A DNA stretch of 64,000 nt from an uncultured Verrucomicrobiae bacterium (GTDB lineage: Bacteria; Verrucomicrobiota; Verrucomicrobiia; Limisphaerales; Palsa-1400): assembly GCA_963764165.1 (NCBI GenBank), contig CAVXRD010000002.1, positions 3,360,001 through 3,424,000 on the forward strand, given 5' to 3'. Positions 31,132-40,663 of this stretch are shown here, piece after piece. Each line of letters opens with the position of its first letter. Position 1 is the first letter of the stretch. Under the pieces are notes generated by a model. It was not told the origin of the DNA. It saw only the letters and a program-made list of their open reading frames with translations, and did not search any database. A program made the translations under genes and the position numbers.

Positions 31132-33212
31132 TCAGCCTGGTGGAGCCGGAGCCGGCGGGCGCTTCGCCCGGATTGGCAACCCAGGTGGAGGAAATTTTTT
31201 CGCCCACCGGGATTCTCTCCAAATCGCGCAATTTCGAATACCGCCCGCAGCAGCAGGAAATGGCCGTGGCGGTGGCCCGCGCGCTGGAGGCGGGGGACAA
31301 TCTCATCGTGGAAGCCGGAACGGGCGTCGGCAAGAGCCTGGCCTATTTGATTCCATCGATTCTCTTCGCGGTGGCGAAACGCAAGAAAGCCATCATCTCC
31401 ACCCACACCATCAATTTGCAGGAGCAGCTCATCCAAAAAGATTTGCCGATGCTCGCGCAAATTCTGCCGGTGAAATTTCAGTTTACGATGCTCAAGGGCC
31501 GGCATAATTACCTTTGCACACGCCGCCTGGCAAAAGTGCGGCATCAAGCCGATAACCTTTTCACCTCGCCGGACATGGCGGAATTGCAGCGCATCGAGGA
31601 GTGGGCCCAAAAAACGGAGGACGGCAGCCTTTCCGATTTTGATGTCGAGCCGCCGCCCAACGTCTGGCAGCAGGTTTGTTCCGAGCGCGGATTGTGCAGC
31701 CCGCGCCAATGCGGCCACACCTCCGATTTTGTGAAGATCGGAGGGCAGGTCTGTTTTTACCAGCGCGCCCGCAGCGACATGCTGGCGGCGGATGTTCTGG
31801 TGCTCAATCACACGCTGTTCTTTACATTGCTCGGCAGCCAGGAAGAGGAGCCCAGGGGCGGCATCCTGCTCAAAAATGATTTCGCGGTTTTCGACGAAGC
31901 GCACACCGTCGAGCGGGTCGCCTCCGGGCACATCGGCCTCAGCGTGACCCACGCGCAACTCCGCTACAGCCTCCAGCGGCTGTGGCATCCGAAGACCAAG
32001 AAAGGTTTGCTGACAGTCCTGCGCAGGGGAAAGGAGCAGCTCGTGCAGGATGCGCTGGACGCTTCCGAGAAATTCTTCGACTCGGTCGAAATGGCTTGCG
32101 ACAAAATGGCCGCCGAACGCGAAACGCCGCGTTCAGCCCGGTTCTGGTCCGAGATGCGCATCCGCCAATGCGACATGGTCAAAGATGATCTGACGCTTCA
32201 CCTGATTCGCGTGCGGGAGGAAGTCAGCGCGCTCATCAAAACCGTCGATGACAAGGACACCGCCCAGGAGCTGGCGGACTTCAATCGCCGTCTGGAAGAG
32301 TTGCGCGGCGCCATCGCGGTTTTCTTAAGCCAGGGCGCGCCGGAGCACGTCTATTGGGTCGAGCGGGCGGGAAAATCGCAGCGCAACATCGCCCTGCACG
32401 CGGCGCCAATCAACGTGGCGGATTATTTGCGCGAGCGGCTGTTCGGCGCCGAAACTTCGGTGGTGATGACAAGCGCGACACTGGCCGTTTCATTGACGCC
32501 CGAAAATCCCAAGCTCGTAAAATCGTCCTCCAAGGCGCCGCCGCTGATGTATTTCGCGCGGCAGGTCGGCGGGGAAGATTCCAGCCTTGTGCAAGCCGGC
32601 TCGCCGTTCGATTACGAGCGGCAAATGAAAATTTACGTCGCCGCCAAAATGCCCGATCCGCGCGAGCCCGCTTACCAGCCGAACCTGATTCGATGGATCG
32701 AGCATTTTATTCGCTTGACACACGGAAAAGCGTTTGTGCTCTTCACTAATTACAAGCTGATGCTGGAGGTTGGGCAGCAGATGGAGCCATTCTTCGACGA
32801 GCTGGGCGTCGAATGTTTCATTCAAGGCACCGGCACGCCGCGTTCGGTGATGCTCGAGAAATTCAAATCCGACATCAATTCAGTTTTGTTTGGGGCCGAT
32901 AGTTTTTGGCAGGGGGTGGATGTGCCGGGCGAATCGCTTTCCAATGTGATCATCACGCGCCTGCCATTCGCTGTTCCGGACCATCCGCTGATCGAGGCGC
33001 GCATGGAAGCCATCGAAGCGCGGGGCGGCAATGCGTTTCGCGAATTCTCCCTGCCGGAGGCAATCTTGAAATTCCGCCAGGGCATCGGGCGGTTGATCCG
33101 GGCCAGAAGCGATTCGGGCATCGTGGCGATTCTGGACAACCGCATTATCACCAAGCAGTACGGCCAGGCATTTTTGGGCTCGATCCCGAAGTGCCCGTTC
33201 GAGGTGGTGTAA
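31128..33212 (+). CDS. dinG: DinG/YoaA family Fe-S ATP-dependent helicase
   Basis: EYRPQQ, EAGTGVGKS, KGRHNYLC, Cys cluster, DEAH, TSATL, FWQGVD, QGIGRLIR; ATGA overlap with the upstream gene. Confidence 0.9.
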   Translation: MISLVEPEPAGASPGLATQVEEIFSPTGILSKSRNFEYRPQQQEMAVAVARALEAGDNLIVEAGTGVGKSLAYLIPSILFAVAKRKKAIISTHTINLQEQLIQKDLPMLAQILPVKFQFTMLKGRHNYLCTRRLAKVRHQADNLFTSPDMAELQRIEEWAQKTEDGSLSDFDVEPPPNVWQQVCSERGLCSPRQCGHTSDFVKIGGQVCFYQRARSDMLAADVLVLNHTLFFTLLGSQEEEPRGGILLKNDFAVFDEAHTVERVASGHIGLSVTHAQLRYSLQRLWHPKTKKGLLTVLRRGKEQLVQDALDASEKFFDSVEMACDKMAAERETPRSARFWSEMRIRQCDMVKDDLTLHLIRVREEVSALIKTVDDKDTAQELADFNRRLEELRGAIAVFLSQGAPEHVYWVERAGKSQRNIALHAAPINVADYLRERLFGAETSVVMTSATLAVSLTPENPKLVKSSSKAPPLMYFARQVGGEDSSLVQAGSPFDYERQMKIYVAAKMPDPREPAYQPNLIRWIEHFIRLTHGKAFVLFTNYKLMLEVGQQMEPFFDELGVECFIQGTGTPRSVMLEKFKSDINSVLFGADSFWQGVDVPGESLSNVIITRLPFAVPDHPLIEARMEAIEARGGNAFREFSLPEAILKFRQGIGRLIRARSDSGIVAILDNRIITKQYGQAFLGSIPKCPFEVV

Positions 33213-33260
33213 AACAAAATGTCGGCTTGCCAAACGGCGATTTTGAATCAATCTATCGGC

Positions 33261-33665
33261 ATGGCAGAGCTAGTGAATTTGGTTCATCGCGGCGCGGCAT
33301 CGATCACGCCCAACGTCCTCAAGAGCATCCATAAAAAGCTGCCGTTCCTGAAACTGAAGTTTACGGAGTTTGACGATCCCGCCTACCCCCACCTGACGGA
33401 CCAATTGGAATTTCTCGCCGACGTCGTGGAAGACTTCGCGGAAGGTGTGGAGGATGATTTTCCGTATGCCACAGCGGCGGCGGCGGTTTTCGCGCTGCTG
33501 TATGCGTATCGCCAGCTTGATCTCATTCCCAACGGCATCGCGGAGCAGGGGCTGGCGGATGATTCCGCCGTCGTGCGCGCGGTATTGACCGAGCACGAAA
33601 AAGTGTTCGAGGCTTATGCCGAAAGGCACAAAATGGCATGGGACGAGATCACAGTGGATCCGTAG
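33261..33665 (+). CDS. DUF1232/YkvA-like protein
   Basis: ALLY...LDLIPN...GLADD motif. Confidence 0.7.
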   Translation: MAELVNLVHRGAASITPNVLKSIHKKLPFLKLKFTEFDDPAYPHLTDQLEFLADVVEDFAEGVEDDFPYATAAAAVFALLYAYRQLDLIPNGIAEQGLADDSAVVRAVLTEHEKVFEAYAERHKMAWDEITVDP

Positions 33666-33672
33666 CCTTCTT

Positions 33673-33800
33673 GGCAGGGCGAGACTGTGTCGATCCCGGC
33701 ATGGATTTTTCGGAATTCAGCCAGTCAAGGGGGCGCTCGAATTAATTCGGCTTGGCGATGCCTATATATGAGTCACGGCTCGACGGAGTCTCGCCCTACC
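33673..33800. repeat. GTAG-type REP doublet overlapping the stop codon of the downstream minus-strand gene
   Basis: ggcagggcgagactgtgtcgatcc ... ggctcgacggagtctcgccctacc. Confidence 0.8.
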
Positions 33801-34902
33801 GAGTAGCGGCCAGTGACACAATGAGGACGCCGACCATGAACAGCACCAAAACGCCGATTAATATCCACGATTTTGGGCACGCGAAATTAAGCGTCCAGCC
33901 AATGCCGAACCGCTTTTCGACAATTGCCGCAGGATCGTTCGGGTTGTAGTAAATCATTCCCATTTTCCAGCAGGCATCCGGCGTCCTATCTCCCACCGGC
34001 GCGTCATCCGGCGCGGCTTCATTTGTCTTATCCATTCTCCAGCCACCCTGGCCCATCCGGTATCCAATTCCCAGGACGGCTGCGACGATGATGACTTCGA
34101 CGGGGATGATCAGCCAAAATTCTGGAATCGGCGCATTCAAATTCCGACGGAGGGCCGTGATCCCTATCGTGCCCATCAGCAGCGCAATCCAGTATCCCAT
34201 CGCGAGGAGGAAAAACAAAACCGCCCGCACAAATTTTCCCTCGCGAGCGCCTGCCTTGCCATTGCTGTGGATGCGCCGCACTCCATTGCCAACGGCGTAA
34301 GAAATTCCGCAAATGAGCATACAAACCCAAAGGCCGATCATTGGAAGATAAAAGATGGAGACCCATGATTTGGCTGACCAGCCATCCGGCTTGCCTTCCA
34401 CTCCCCAATGAATGGGAACACGCGCCGGAATCTGATCCCACCTCAGCCCAAGAGCGACGGCAACCGCCAGCAAAATCAAAAATGGCCCCGCCTGCCCAAG
34501 CCATCCCCCAGGAAGCGAAACCGTGCGCGGCGCAAGACCCGCTTCGCGAACTGCGGTCGGTTCAATCCGGAATGCCATAACCCTGCGACGAGACAAAATG
34601 AAGGCGGTAAAAAATCCCACCAACTCCACGGCAACGGGGCAAAGAATCCCCGCCAGAATCCACGACTCGGAAAGAAAGAAAAAAGCGAGCGGCAACAATC
34701 CTAATGCAGCAAAAATAAGGATGATCCGCGAGTAACCGCGAAGAATCTCCGCCCCTTCCGGTGTGCCGCGAAAATCTGGTTTCACCGTAACCGAGAAAAA
34801 CAAGTCCGGCCGGGTCAGCCGGGGCGTCATCCAAGTGGAAATGACAATGCACGCCCATGGAAAGAGGGCTGAAAAAATCAAAAAACAATTCGCGTTTTTC
34901 AT
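33796..34902 (-). CDS. Membrane protein with DUF1648 and DUF5808-like domains
   Basis: IPARVPIHWGVEGKPDGW; WKMGMIYYNPNDPAAIVEKRFGIGWTLNFA. Confidence 0.85.
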   Translation of the reverse strand: MKNANCFLIFSALFPWACIVISTWMTPRLTRPDLFFSVTVKPDFRGTPEGAEILRGYSRIILIFAALGLLPLAFFFLSESWILAGILCPVAVELVGFFTAFILSRRRVMAFRIEPTAVREAGLAPRTVSLPGGWLGQAGPFLILLAVAVALGLRWDQIPARVPIHWGVEGKPDGWSAKSWVSIFYLPMIGLWVCMLICGISYAVGNGVRRIHSNGKAGAREGKFVRAVLFFLLAMGYWIALLMGTIGITALRRNLNAPIPEFWLIIPVEVIIVAAVLGIGYRMGQGGWRMDKTNEAAPDDAPVGDRTPDACWKMGMIYYNPNDPAAIVEKRFGIGWTLNFACPKSWILIGVLVLFMVGVLIVSLAATR

Positions 34903-35327
34903 GTTGTTCCTTTCCGAAAATTTTTCAACTGGCTGGCCAGGTCCATCAATTGTTTGGCGACCAAATCCTTATCCACGCCATCAGCAATGGCCCGCGCGGC
35001 CAATTCCTGCAGGCGCTGCGCAAAATCTTCGTGTTGCTCCGGCGTGGCGCTTTGCGCCTCACGCGCCCGCACTGTCGCTCCATGGTGGCGCTGCAAATCA
35101 AGCCAGCCTTCCTCCGCCAGCAGCCGGTAGGACTCCGCCGCTGTATTATGATTGACACCCAAGTCCAGCGCCAATTGCCGCACCGTCGGGAGTTTATCGC
35201 CCGGTTTGAATGCGCCCGCCACCAGCAGCGCGCGCAGTCCGTCGAGTATCTGCCGGTAAACCGGCGTGGGGCTTCGGAGATCGATCCGCAGCACCGGCAT
35301 TTCGTTTGCGTCGGCTTTGTGTTCCAT
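34899..35327 (-). CDS. GntR (YtrA subfamily) transcriptional regulator
   Basis: PVYRQI...GDKLPTVRQLALDLGVNHNT; short C-terminal domain. Confidence 0.9.
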   Translation of the reverse strand: MEHKADANEMPVLRIDLRSPTPVYRQILDGLRALLVAGAFKPGDKLPTVRQLALDLGVNHNTAAESYRLLAEEGWLDLQRHHGATVRAREAQSATPEQHEDFAQRLQELAARAIADGVDKDLVAKQLMDLASQLKNFRKGTT

Positions 35328-35356
35328 AAGCGTCAACTCAGGCCTTTGACGTTTTT

Positions 35357-35499
35357 CCCTCTCTCGCCGCCTGCGGGGAGAGAGCCGGAGAGAGGGGAAC
35401 CCGCAAGGCTTTCCAGACTCGCTGTGTTGAATTCCTCGGCATTCGTTTCGCGCAATTCGGCTCCCCTCTCCCTAACCCTTTCCCCGCAAGCGGGGCGAG
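35357..35499. repeat. Palindromic CCCTCTC/GAGAGGG repeat element
   Basis: ccctctctcgccgcctgcggggagagagccggagagagggg ... cccctctccctaaccctttccccgcaagcggggcgag; related copy at 59084. Confidence 0.75.
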
Positions 35500-35562
35500 T
35501 CGATAAGACAAAACTTCACACGTGCTAATAATTATTAATTTGACGCTTATGGCCATGTGCAC

Positions 35563-36918
35563 CTAGCGCACGGCTGAAATCCATTGTGCGATATCGTCCA
35601 CCACCGCTTTTTCGACGAAGCCCGGTTGATCATATTCCTGCGGCGTGCTTTTGCCATCGCCCGTCACGAATAAATGATTCAAATGGGGATACCATTTGAA
35701 CGTCACATTCGGCATCGCTGACAGGCCGGATTTCCAGTCGTCGTAATTGCCATGCGTGACCTGATAATCGCGCCCTCCCTGCAAGATCAGCATCGGCAGT
35801 TTCACCGTTTTGGCGGCGGCAACGGGATCGTGCGCCCGCAGATCAAGCCAATAGGCTGGCGGAGCGCCCAGCAATATTGTTGACCTTTCGACATCGGTGT
35901 CCGTGAGCATTTTGATGCGCGCCCTCAGAGTTTCCATCTCGCGCACTTTCGCTTCTCCCTCTGCGCTCTCTGGGGAAAGGGAAGTCAAATAGCGCGTCTG
36001 CTCAACAATGATATCCTCAAGGGGCCGGGTGGCGCCCGCCATCATGATAAGTCCCGCCAATTGCGAATCGCCCAAACCGATGCGCGGCGCGACCGTCGCC
36101 CCCAAACTGTGGCCAAGGACGAATACACGCTTGGGATCAATGCCCGCGACTGCGCGCAATTGCTCCGCCGCCGCCAGCGCGTCATCGATTGTCTCCTCCT
36201 TCACGGTGATATGGCGCGGAGGTTCAGCCATGTATTTCGCGCCATAAACTTTCGTGCGCTTGTCATAGCGCAGGACAGCGATTCCGCGGCTCGCCAGGCC
36301 CCAGGCCAGATCGCGAAAAACTTTGATCCCGCCAACCGATTCATCACGGTCATTTGGGCCGGACCCATGCACTAAAACCACGGCGGGGCATGGCTTCGAG
36401 GTGCTTTCGGCGGGCATGGCCAACGTTCCGGGCAAAGCCCATTCGCCAGAGCCCACCGAAAATTCTCTTTCGCGGAACGCGTTGGTGCGGACATAGGGCG
36501 GCGGGCCTTCGGGATCCACATTGGCATCTGCAGTGGACGGCACGAAAAAGAGGCCGCTGACACGTCCTTCGCTGTTGAGAACGACCTTGGCATCCAGCTT
36601 GGCGCGCTCGAATTCGCAGGTGACAAATGCGATGTCGTATCCGGCGGTCTTGGTCATTCGCGCATGGATTCGCTTTTGATATGCGCCCACCTGGCCTTGC
36701 ACTGATTCCCAAATTGTTTTCAATTTCGCCTCGGGCATGGCCGCTTTCATCGTCCCGTCGCACTGTGCCACTGCGGCGGCGAAATCCTTTCTTGCCATCA
36801 AATCGACAAAGTGTTCGCCAAGGGCTCTGGCATCCGGCGCGGCCGGACAGGATTGAACCGGCGCCATCACCATCGTGAAAACCGCCGCGGCCAAGAGGAG
36901 AAATCCATGTTTCATCAT
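35563..36918 (-). CDS. Secreted alpha/beta hydrolase with an N-terminal DUF3887-like domain
   Basis: Signal peptide; VHGSGPNDRD, GHSLG nucleophile elbow, GRDYQV, LNHLF. Confidence 0.85.
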   Translation of the reverse strand: MMKHGFLLLAAAVFTMVMAPVQSCPAAPDARALGEHFVDLMARKDFAAAVAQCDGTMKAAMPEAKLKTIWESVQGQVGAYQKRIHARMTKTAGYDIAFVTCEFERAKLDAKVVLNSEGRVSGLFFVPSTADANVDPEGPPPYVRTNAFREREFSVGSGEWALPGTLAMPAESTSKPCPAVVLVHGSGPNDRDESVGGIKVFRDLAWGLASRGIAVLRYDKRTKVYGAKYMAEPPRHITVKEETIDDALAAAEQLRAVAGIDPKRVFVLGHSLGATVAPRIGLGDSQLAGLIMMAGATRPLEDIIVEQTRYLTSLSPESAEGEAKVREMETLRARIKMLTDTDVERSTILLGAPPAYWLDLRAHDPVAAAKTVKLPMLILQGGRDYQVTHGNYDDWKSGLSAMPNVTFKWYPHLNHLFVTGDGKSTPQEYDQPGFVEKAVVDDIAQWISAVR

Positions 36919-36930
36919 GATATTGTCGTT

Positions 36931-36968
36931 TGTATGCATACAATAGACAATTGTGAGCAGAGTGTCAA
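36931..36968 (-). promoter_or_regulatory. Sigma70-type promoter with an overlapping palindromic operator (probable GntR site)
   Basis: Minus strand TTGACA-17 nt-TATTGT; palindrome TGTATGCATACA (36931-36942) overlaps the -10 box. Confidence 0.65.
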
Positions 36969-37028
36969 ATCGCGGGTGGCGAGAGATGAGCGGCTTTCAA
37001 TTCGCGCTCAATTTCTTCCACCGCAATG

Positions 37029-38096
37029 TCACCAATAACAGCCATTTTCCACCTGTCTGAATCCTCCCGGCGTCTCCTGCGTTGATGGACGCACCCACCA
37101 CTCGTTGTACAAGCCAGCCCCCACGCCGTAATCGTCCCAGCGCTTCCCCTTGATTCCAAATAATAATTGAGTGCTGCCGCCCAAGTGGATTCCCTTTTTC
37201 CCCAGCCGTTTCACATGGGCGGCCAACGGCAGCCCGTAGGCGCCGGCACCGATTATGGCGACATCAAAATGGATCCGGTCAACCGCGGACTTCATCGAGT
37301 CCAATGCATCAAACCATGTCTCAATTCCGGGTGGAGGAGGCGTGCCTGCGATGGTCTGAACTGCCTGCAACGTTTTGAGTTCGAACTCAGGAAGCATTTT
37401 TGGGTTCCGAAACAGCTTTCGCCTGTGGGCCATGTATTGGGACTCAATCGTGGCGCCGAATGGATGGATCACCAGCACCACTTTTCCTTCCAGCGCCGCT
37501 GACCATGGCTCCGCATGCGTGACAGGGAAAAAATCGTCGATTGGAATTCGAGAGGGATTGCGCATCCCCGCTGCCAGGTATTTTTCCTTGTTGAGCCACG
37601 ATGCCAGCACATCGATTTCTTTGATGTCATCGATCATCAGGCGGCAAAAGCGCTCCACCAACCGCACATTCAACGGGAAAAATCCCGAGTCATACACGAT
37701 TCGCCTGAACGTATTGAACTCCCACCAAAAATAGGGAAGCTCGCCTCGAAGAAAGCCCGCCGACCTCTTTAAGAAATTCCCGTGGCTGCGCAGATAATAC
37801 GGAAGGATCGTATCGATTTCGGTGTTGCCAAAGCGCGCCGCCATGAATGGCTTCTGATCCAGCAGCCGCGTGCGAATCAAATCTGAAGCTGACTCCCCCA
37901 AATAACAGGCGGATCGCTTCGCCTCGGGCGAGTTCCAATCCCAAGGGCCGTCTCCATCGTCAGTCCCGACAAACTTTTTTCGAATCCGCCTCAAAACCTG
38001 GTAGAACGGACGCCTGAAGAACCATGAGGCTTGCAGCGGAATCGTCTGCGCCGAGACAGCGTTTCGAGAGGGAGTGGCGTTTTTATTCGCGTCCAT
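37029..38096 (-). CDS. Hypothetical protein, possible GT-D-fold (DUF1792-like) glycan-modifying enzyme
   Basis: FMAARFGNTE, VLVIHPF, DVAIIGAGAYGLPLAAHVKRLGKKGIHLGG. Confidence 0.5.
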   Translation of the reverse strand: MDANKNATPSRNAVSAQTIPLQASWFFRRPFYQVLRRIRKKFVGTDDGDGPWDWNSPEAKRSACYLGESASDLIRTRLLDQKPFMAARFGNTEIDTILPYYLRSHGNFLKRSAGFLRGELPYFWWEFNTFRRIVYDSGFFPLNVRLVERFCRLMIDDIKEIDVLASWLNKEKYLAAGMRNPSRIPIDDFFPVTHAEPWSAALEGKVVLVIHPFGATIESQYMAHRRKLFRNPKMLPEFELKTLQAVQTIAGTPPPPGIETWFDALDSMKSAVDRIHFDVAIIGAGAYGLPLAAHVKRLGKKGIHLGGSTQLLFGIKGKRWDDYGVGAGLYNEWWVRPSTQETPGGFRQVENGCYW

Positions 38097-38451
38097 TATT
38101 GCAAATTGCAAATCGCTTTCCGCGGCGGAAAGCAAAAAAAATCAAGGAATCCGCGCGATGCTTGCTGCGGATTCAACCGGGGCTTGGGGTCGTGAGTCCG
38201 CTGCCAGTCCACCCATTCTAATTTCGCCGCCCCTGTTGCCGAATCTTGCAGGCGGCCTTCGGATCCAGGAGTGATGCTGAGGCGAATTCAGCCAAATGGA
38301 AAGAAGTAAAGAGAGTGGGCGTTTCAAAAAAAAGCTGCCGAGTCCGATCAAACCGGGCCATTCATTGACTTCACCGGAATTGATTGGGACAAGGCAAAAA
38401 CTGTTTATTGACAAGATTCCCAGTGGGGCTGCACCATCGGCTTCTCGTGTT

Positions 38452-38700
38452 ATGAAAAAAAGCAAATGGCCGGACTTCATTGTTACCGTAGCCTTTCGTT
38501 TCATCGGGGGCGCGATCTTGGGATGCGGTGTGGGTCTTCTTTTCGGATTCAAGTTCATATTGCGGGCCTTCGCGCGCAACCATTTGAGCTGGCCGGTCGT
38601 CTTGTTGGGACTTTTCGCCTTGATCGGGGGAATCGTCGCGGCTTGCAATACACCTTATTGGCAAACGCCCTGGTACAAGGGTGTCGACGGGGACAAATAA
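38452..38700 (+). CDS. Small two-TM membrane protein
   Basis: 82-aa ORF with two hydrophobic segments and a TPYWQTPWYK tail. Confidence 0.55.
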   Translation: MKKSKWPDFIVTVAFRFIGGAILGCGVGLLFGFKFILRAFARNHLSWPVVLLGLFALIGGIVAACNTPYWQTPWYKGVDGDK

Positions 38701-39562
38701 AGCGCCAATCTTCCCGGCCTGCACTGAACGAGCGGTTCAACCAAACACTCGACATCCCTCCCAATGCTGGGCTAATTGTTCCCCCGCATGTCGTTGCAAA
38801 AGTTGCGGTTACTGTTCTGGCTCATGTTGCTTGCCGCCTCATGCTCCACAGGCGCTCGCGCCGAAACAGTGGAGGGGCAATTGCGAACTCTTACCAACCA
38901 TGTCCCGCGAATCGTGCGGCGCCTTAAGGCGAACGGGCGTCTTGAAAGCGCAACCCGCTTGAGCCTCGCGCTGGGGCTGCCGGTGCGCGACCCCAAAGGG
39001 CTGCGCCAGTTGGTGGACGCGGTTTCTGACCCGGCGAATCCCAGCTACCGTCACTACCTGGGAACGGATGAATTCACGCGGCAATTCGGTCCGACGCTGG
39101 AGGAATACGAGAGCCTGAAGTCGTTTGCGAGAGCGAACCATCTAACCATTGCGGGGACTCATCCGAACCGAATGGTAATGGATGTCGACGGATATGCCGG
39201 AGATATCGAGAAGGCATTTCATGTCACGCTCCGCACCTACCAGCATCCGATCAAGGGGCGGACGTTTTACTCGCCCGACGCCGAGCCTTCCCTCCCCGCC
39301 GAAATTCCGTTGGAGGATATCGAAGGCTTGGACAATTACATTCTACCGCAGCCGCAAGGAAGACACGCGCGACTATCGGCAAATAGCGTGTCCGATGCTT
39401 TCACTGGTTCTGGAATCTATGGATATTTCATGGCGTTTGACCTCCGTGCGGCGTATTTGCCCGGGGTAGCACTGCAAGGTTCCGGACAAGAGGTGGGGTT
39501 GCTCGAGTTTGACGGCTATTATCCGGGAGACATTAGCATATACGAACAATCCAACCACATTA

Positions 39563-40663
39563 TTGATCTCTGCATAATATAGTGACACATTATTGTTTTT
39601 ATGCTAATTTTTGGGTATGGGAAATCCTAAAGGCGTAAAACGCGATTTGGCGCAGTTTGCACAACTGGAACGGCGGCGCATGAAAGCCGTCAAACTTTTC
39701 GACCGAGGCTTGAGCCAGGCCGAGGTCGCCCGCCAAGTTGGCGTCCACCGGCAATCGGTCAGCCGCTGGCATAAGGCTTGGCAGGACCATGGCGCGCCCT
39801 CTCTCAAAAAGGCTGGGCGAGCCGGGCGCAAGCCCCGCCTGACCGACGAGAACTTCCGCCAGTTGGAACGGGCCCTCAAACAGGGACCCGAAGCCCATGA
39901 CTTTGGCACCCAGCTTTGGACCACCCGGCGGGTGGCCGCCGTTATCCAACGGTTGACGGGCGTCCAATACCACGAGGACCATGTTTGCCGGCTTCTGCAA
40001 AAGCTGGGTTGGAGCTGCCAGCGGCCCACCACCCAGGCTCGGCAGCGCCATGAGCGGGAGATCACCCGCTGGCGCAAAGTGCGCTGGCCGCAGCTTAAAA
40101 AAAAGCCCTCCGCGAGAGGCGAATCGTGGTTTTCATCGACGAGAGCGGATTGAGCCAGAAGCCGCACCGGGTTCGCACTTGGGCGCCGCGCGGCCAGACC
40201 CCGGTATTGCAGTTCGACTTCAACTGGAAAAAGCTTTCGATCATCGCCGGGGTGACGGTCTGGAACTTTTACTTCCGGCTTTACCCCGGCACCATCAAAG
40301 GCCCGCAGGTGATCGAATTCTTGAAACATCTGCAACGCCACATCCCGGGCAAGCTTCTGGTCATTTGGGACGGTGGTCCCATCCACCGCAGCCGGCTGGT
40401 GCGGGACTATGTGGATCAACTGAAAGGCAAAATCTGGGTGGAACGACTGCCTGCCTATGCGCCCGAACTCAATCCCACCGAGTATGTCTGGGGTTACTTC
40501 AAGCAGCACGAGTTGCCCAATCTTTGCGCGGCCGACCTGGCGAAGTTGAGTCATTGCGGGCGCAAGGCCCTGAGCCGGATGCGGCGCAGACCCAAATTGG
40601 TCACTGCCTTCTGGAAGCAAGCCGAGCTTTGGTGATATTGTCACTATATTATACAGAGATCAA
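39563..40663 (+). mobile_element. Complete IS630-family insertion sequence (1101 bp)
   Basis: 25-bp terminal IRs (ttgatctctgCataatatagtgaca / tgtcactatattatAcagagatcaa, 24/25); TA duplicated at 39561-62 and 40664-65. Confidence 0.95.
39617..40635 (+). CDS. IS630 transposase (HTH ORF plus DDE ORF joined by a -1 frameshift)
   Basis: HTH ORF to 40153; DDE ORF (FIDESG, IWDGG, PELNPTE) to 40635; slippery A8G run at 40097-40105. Confidence 0.92.
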
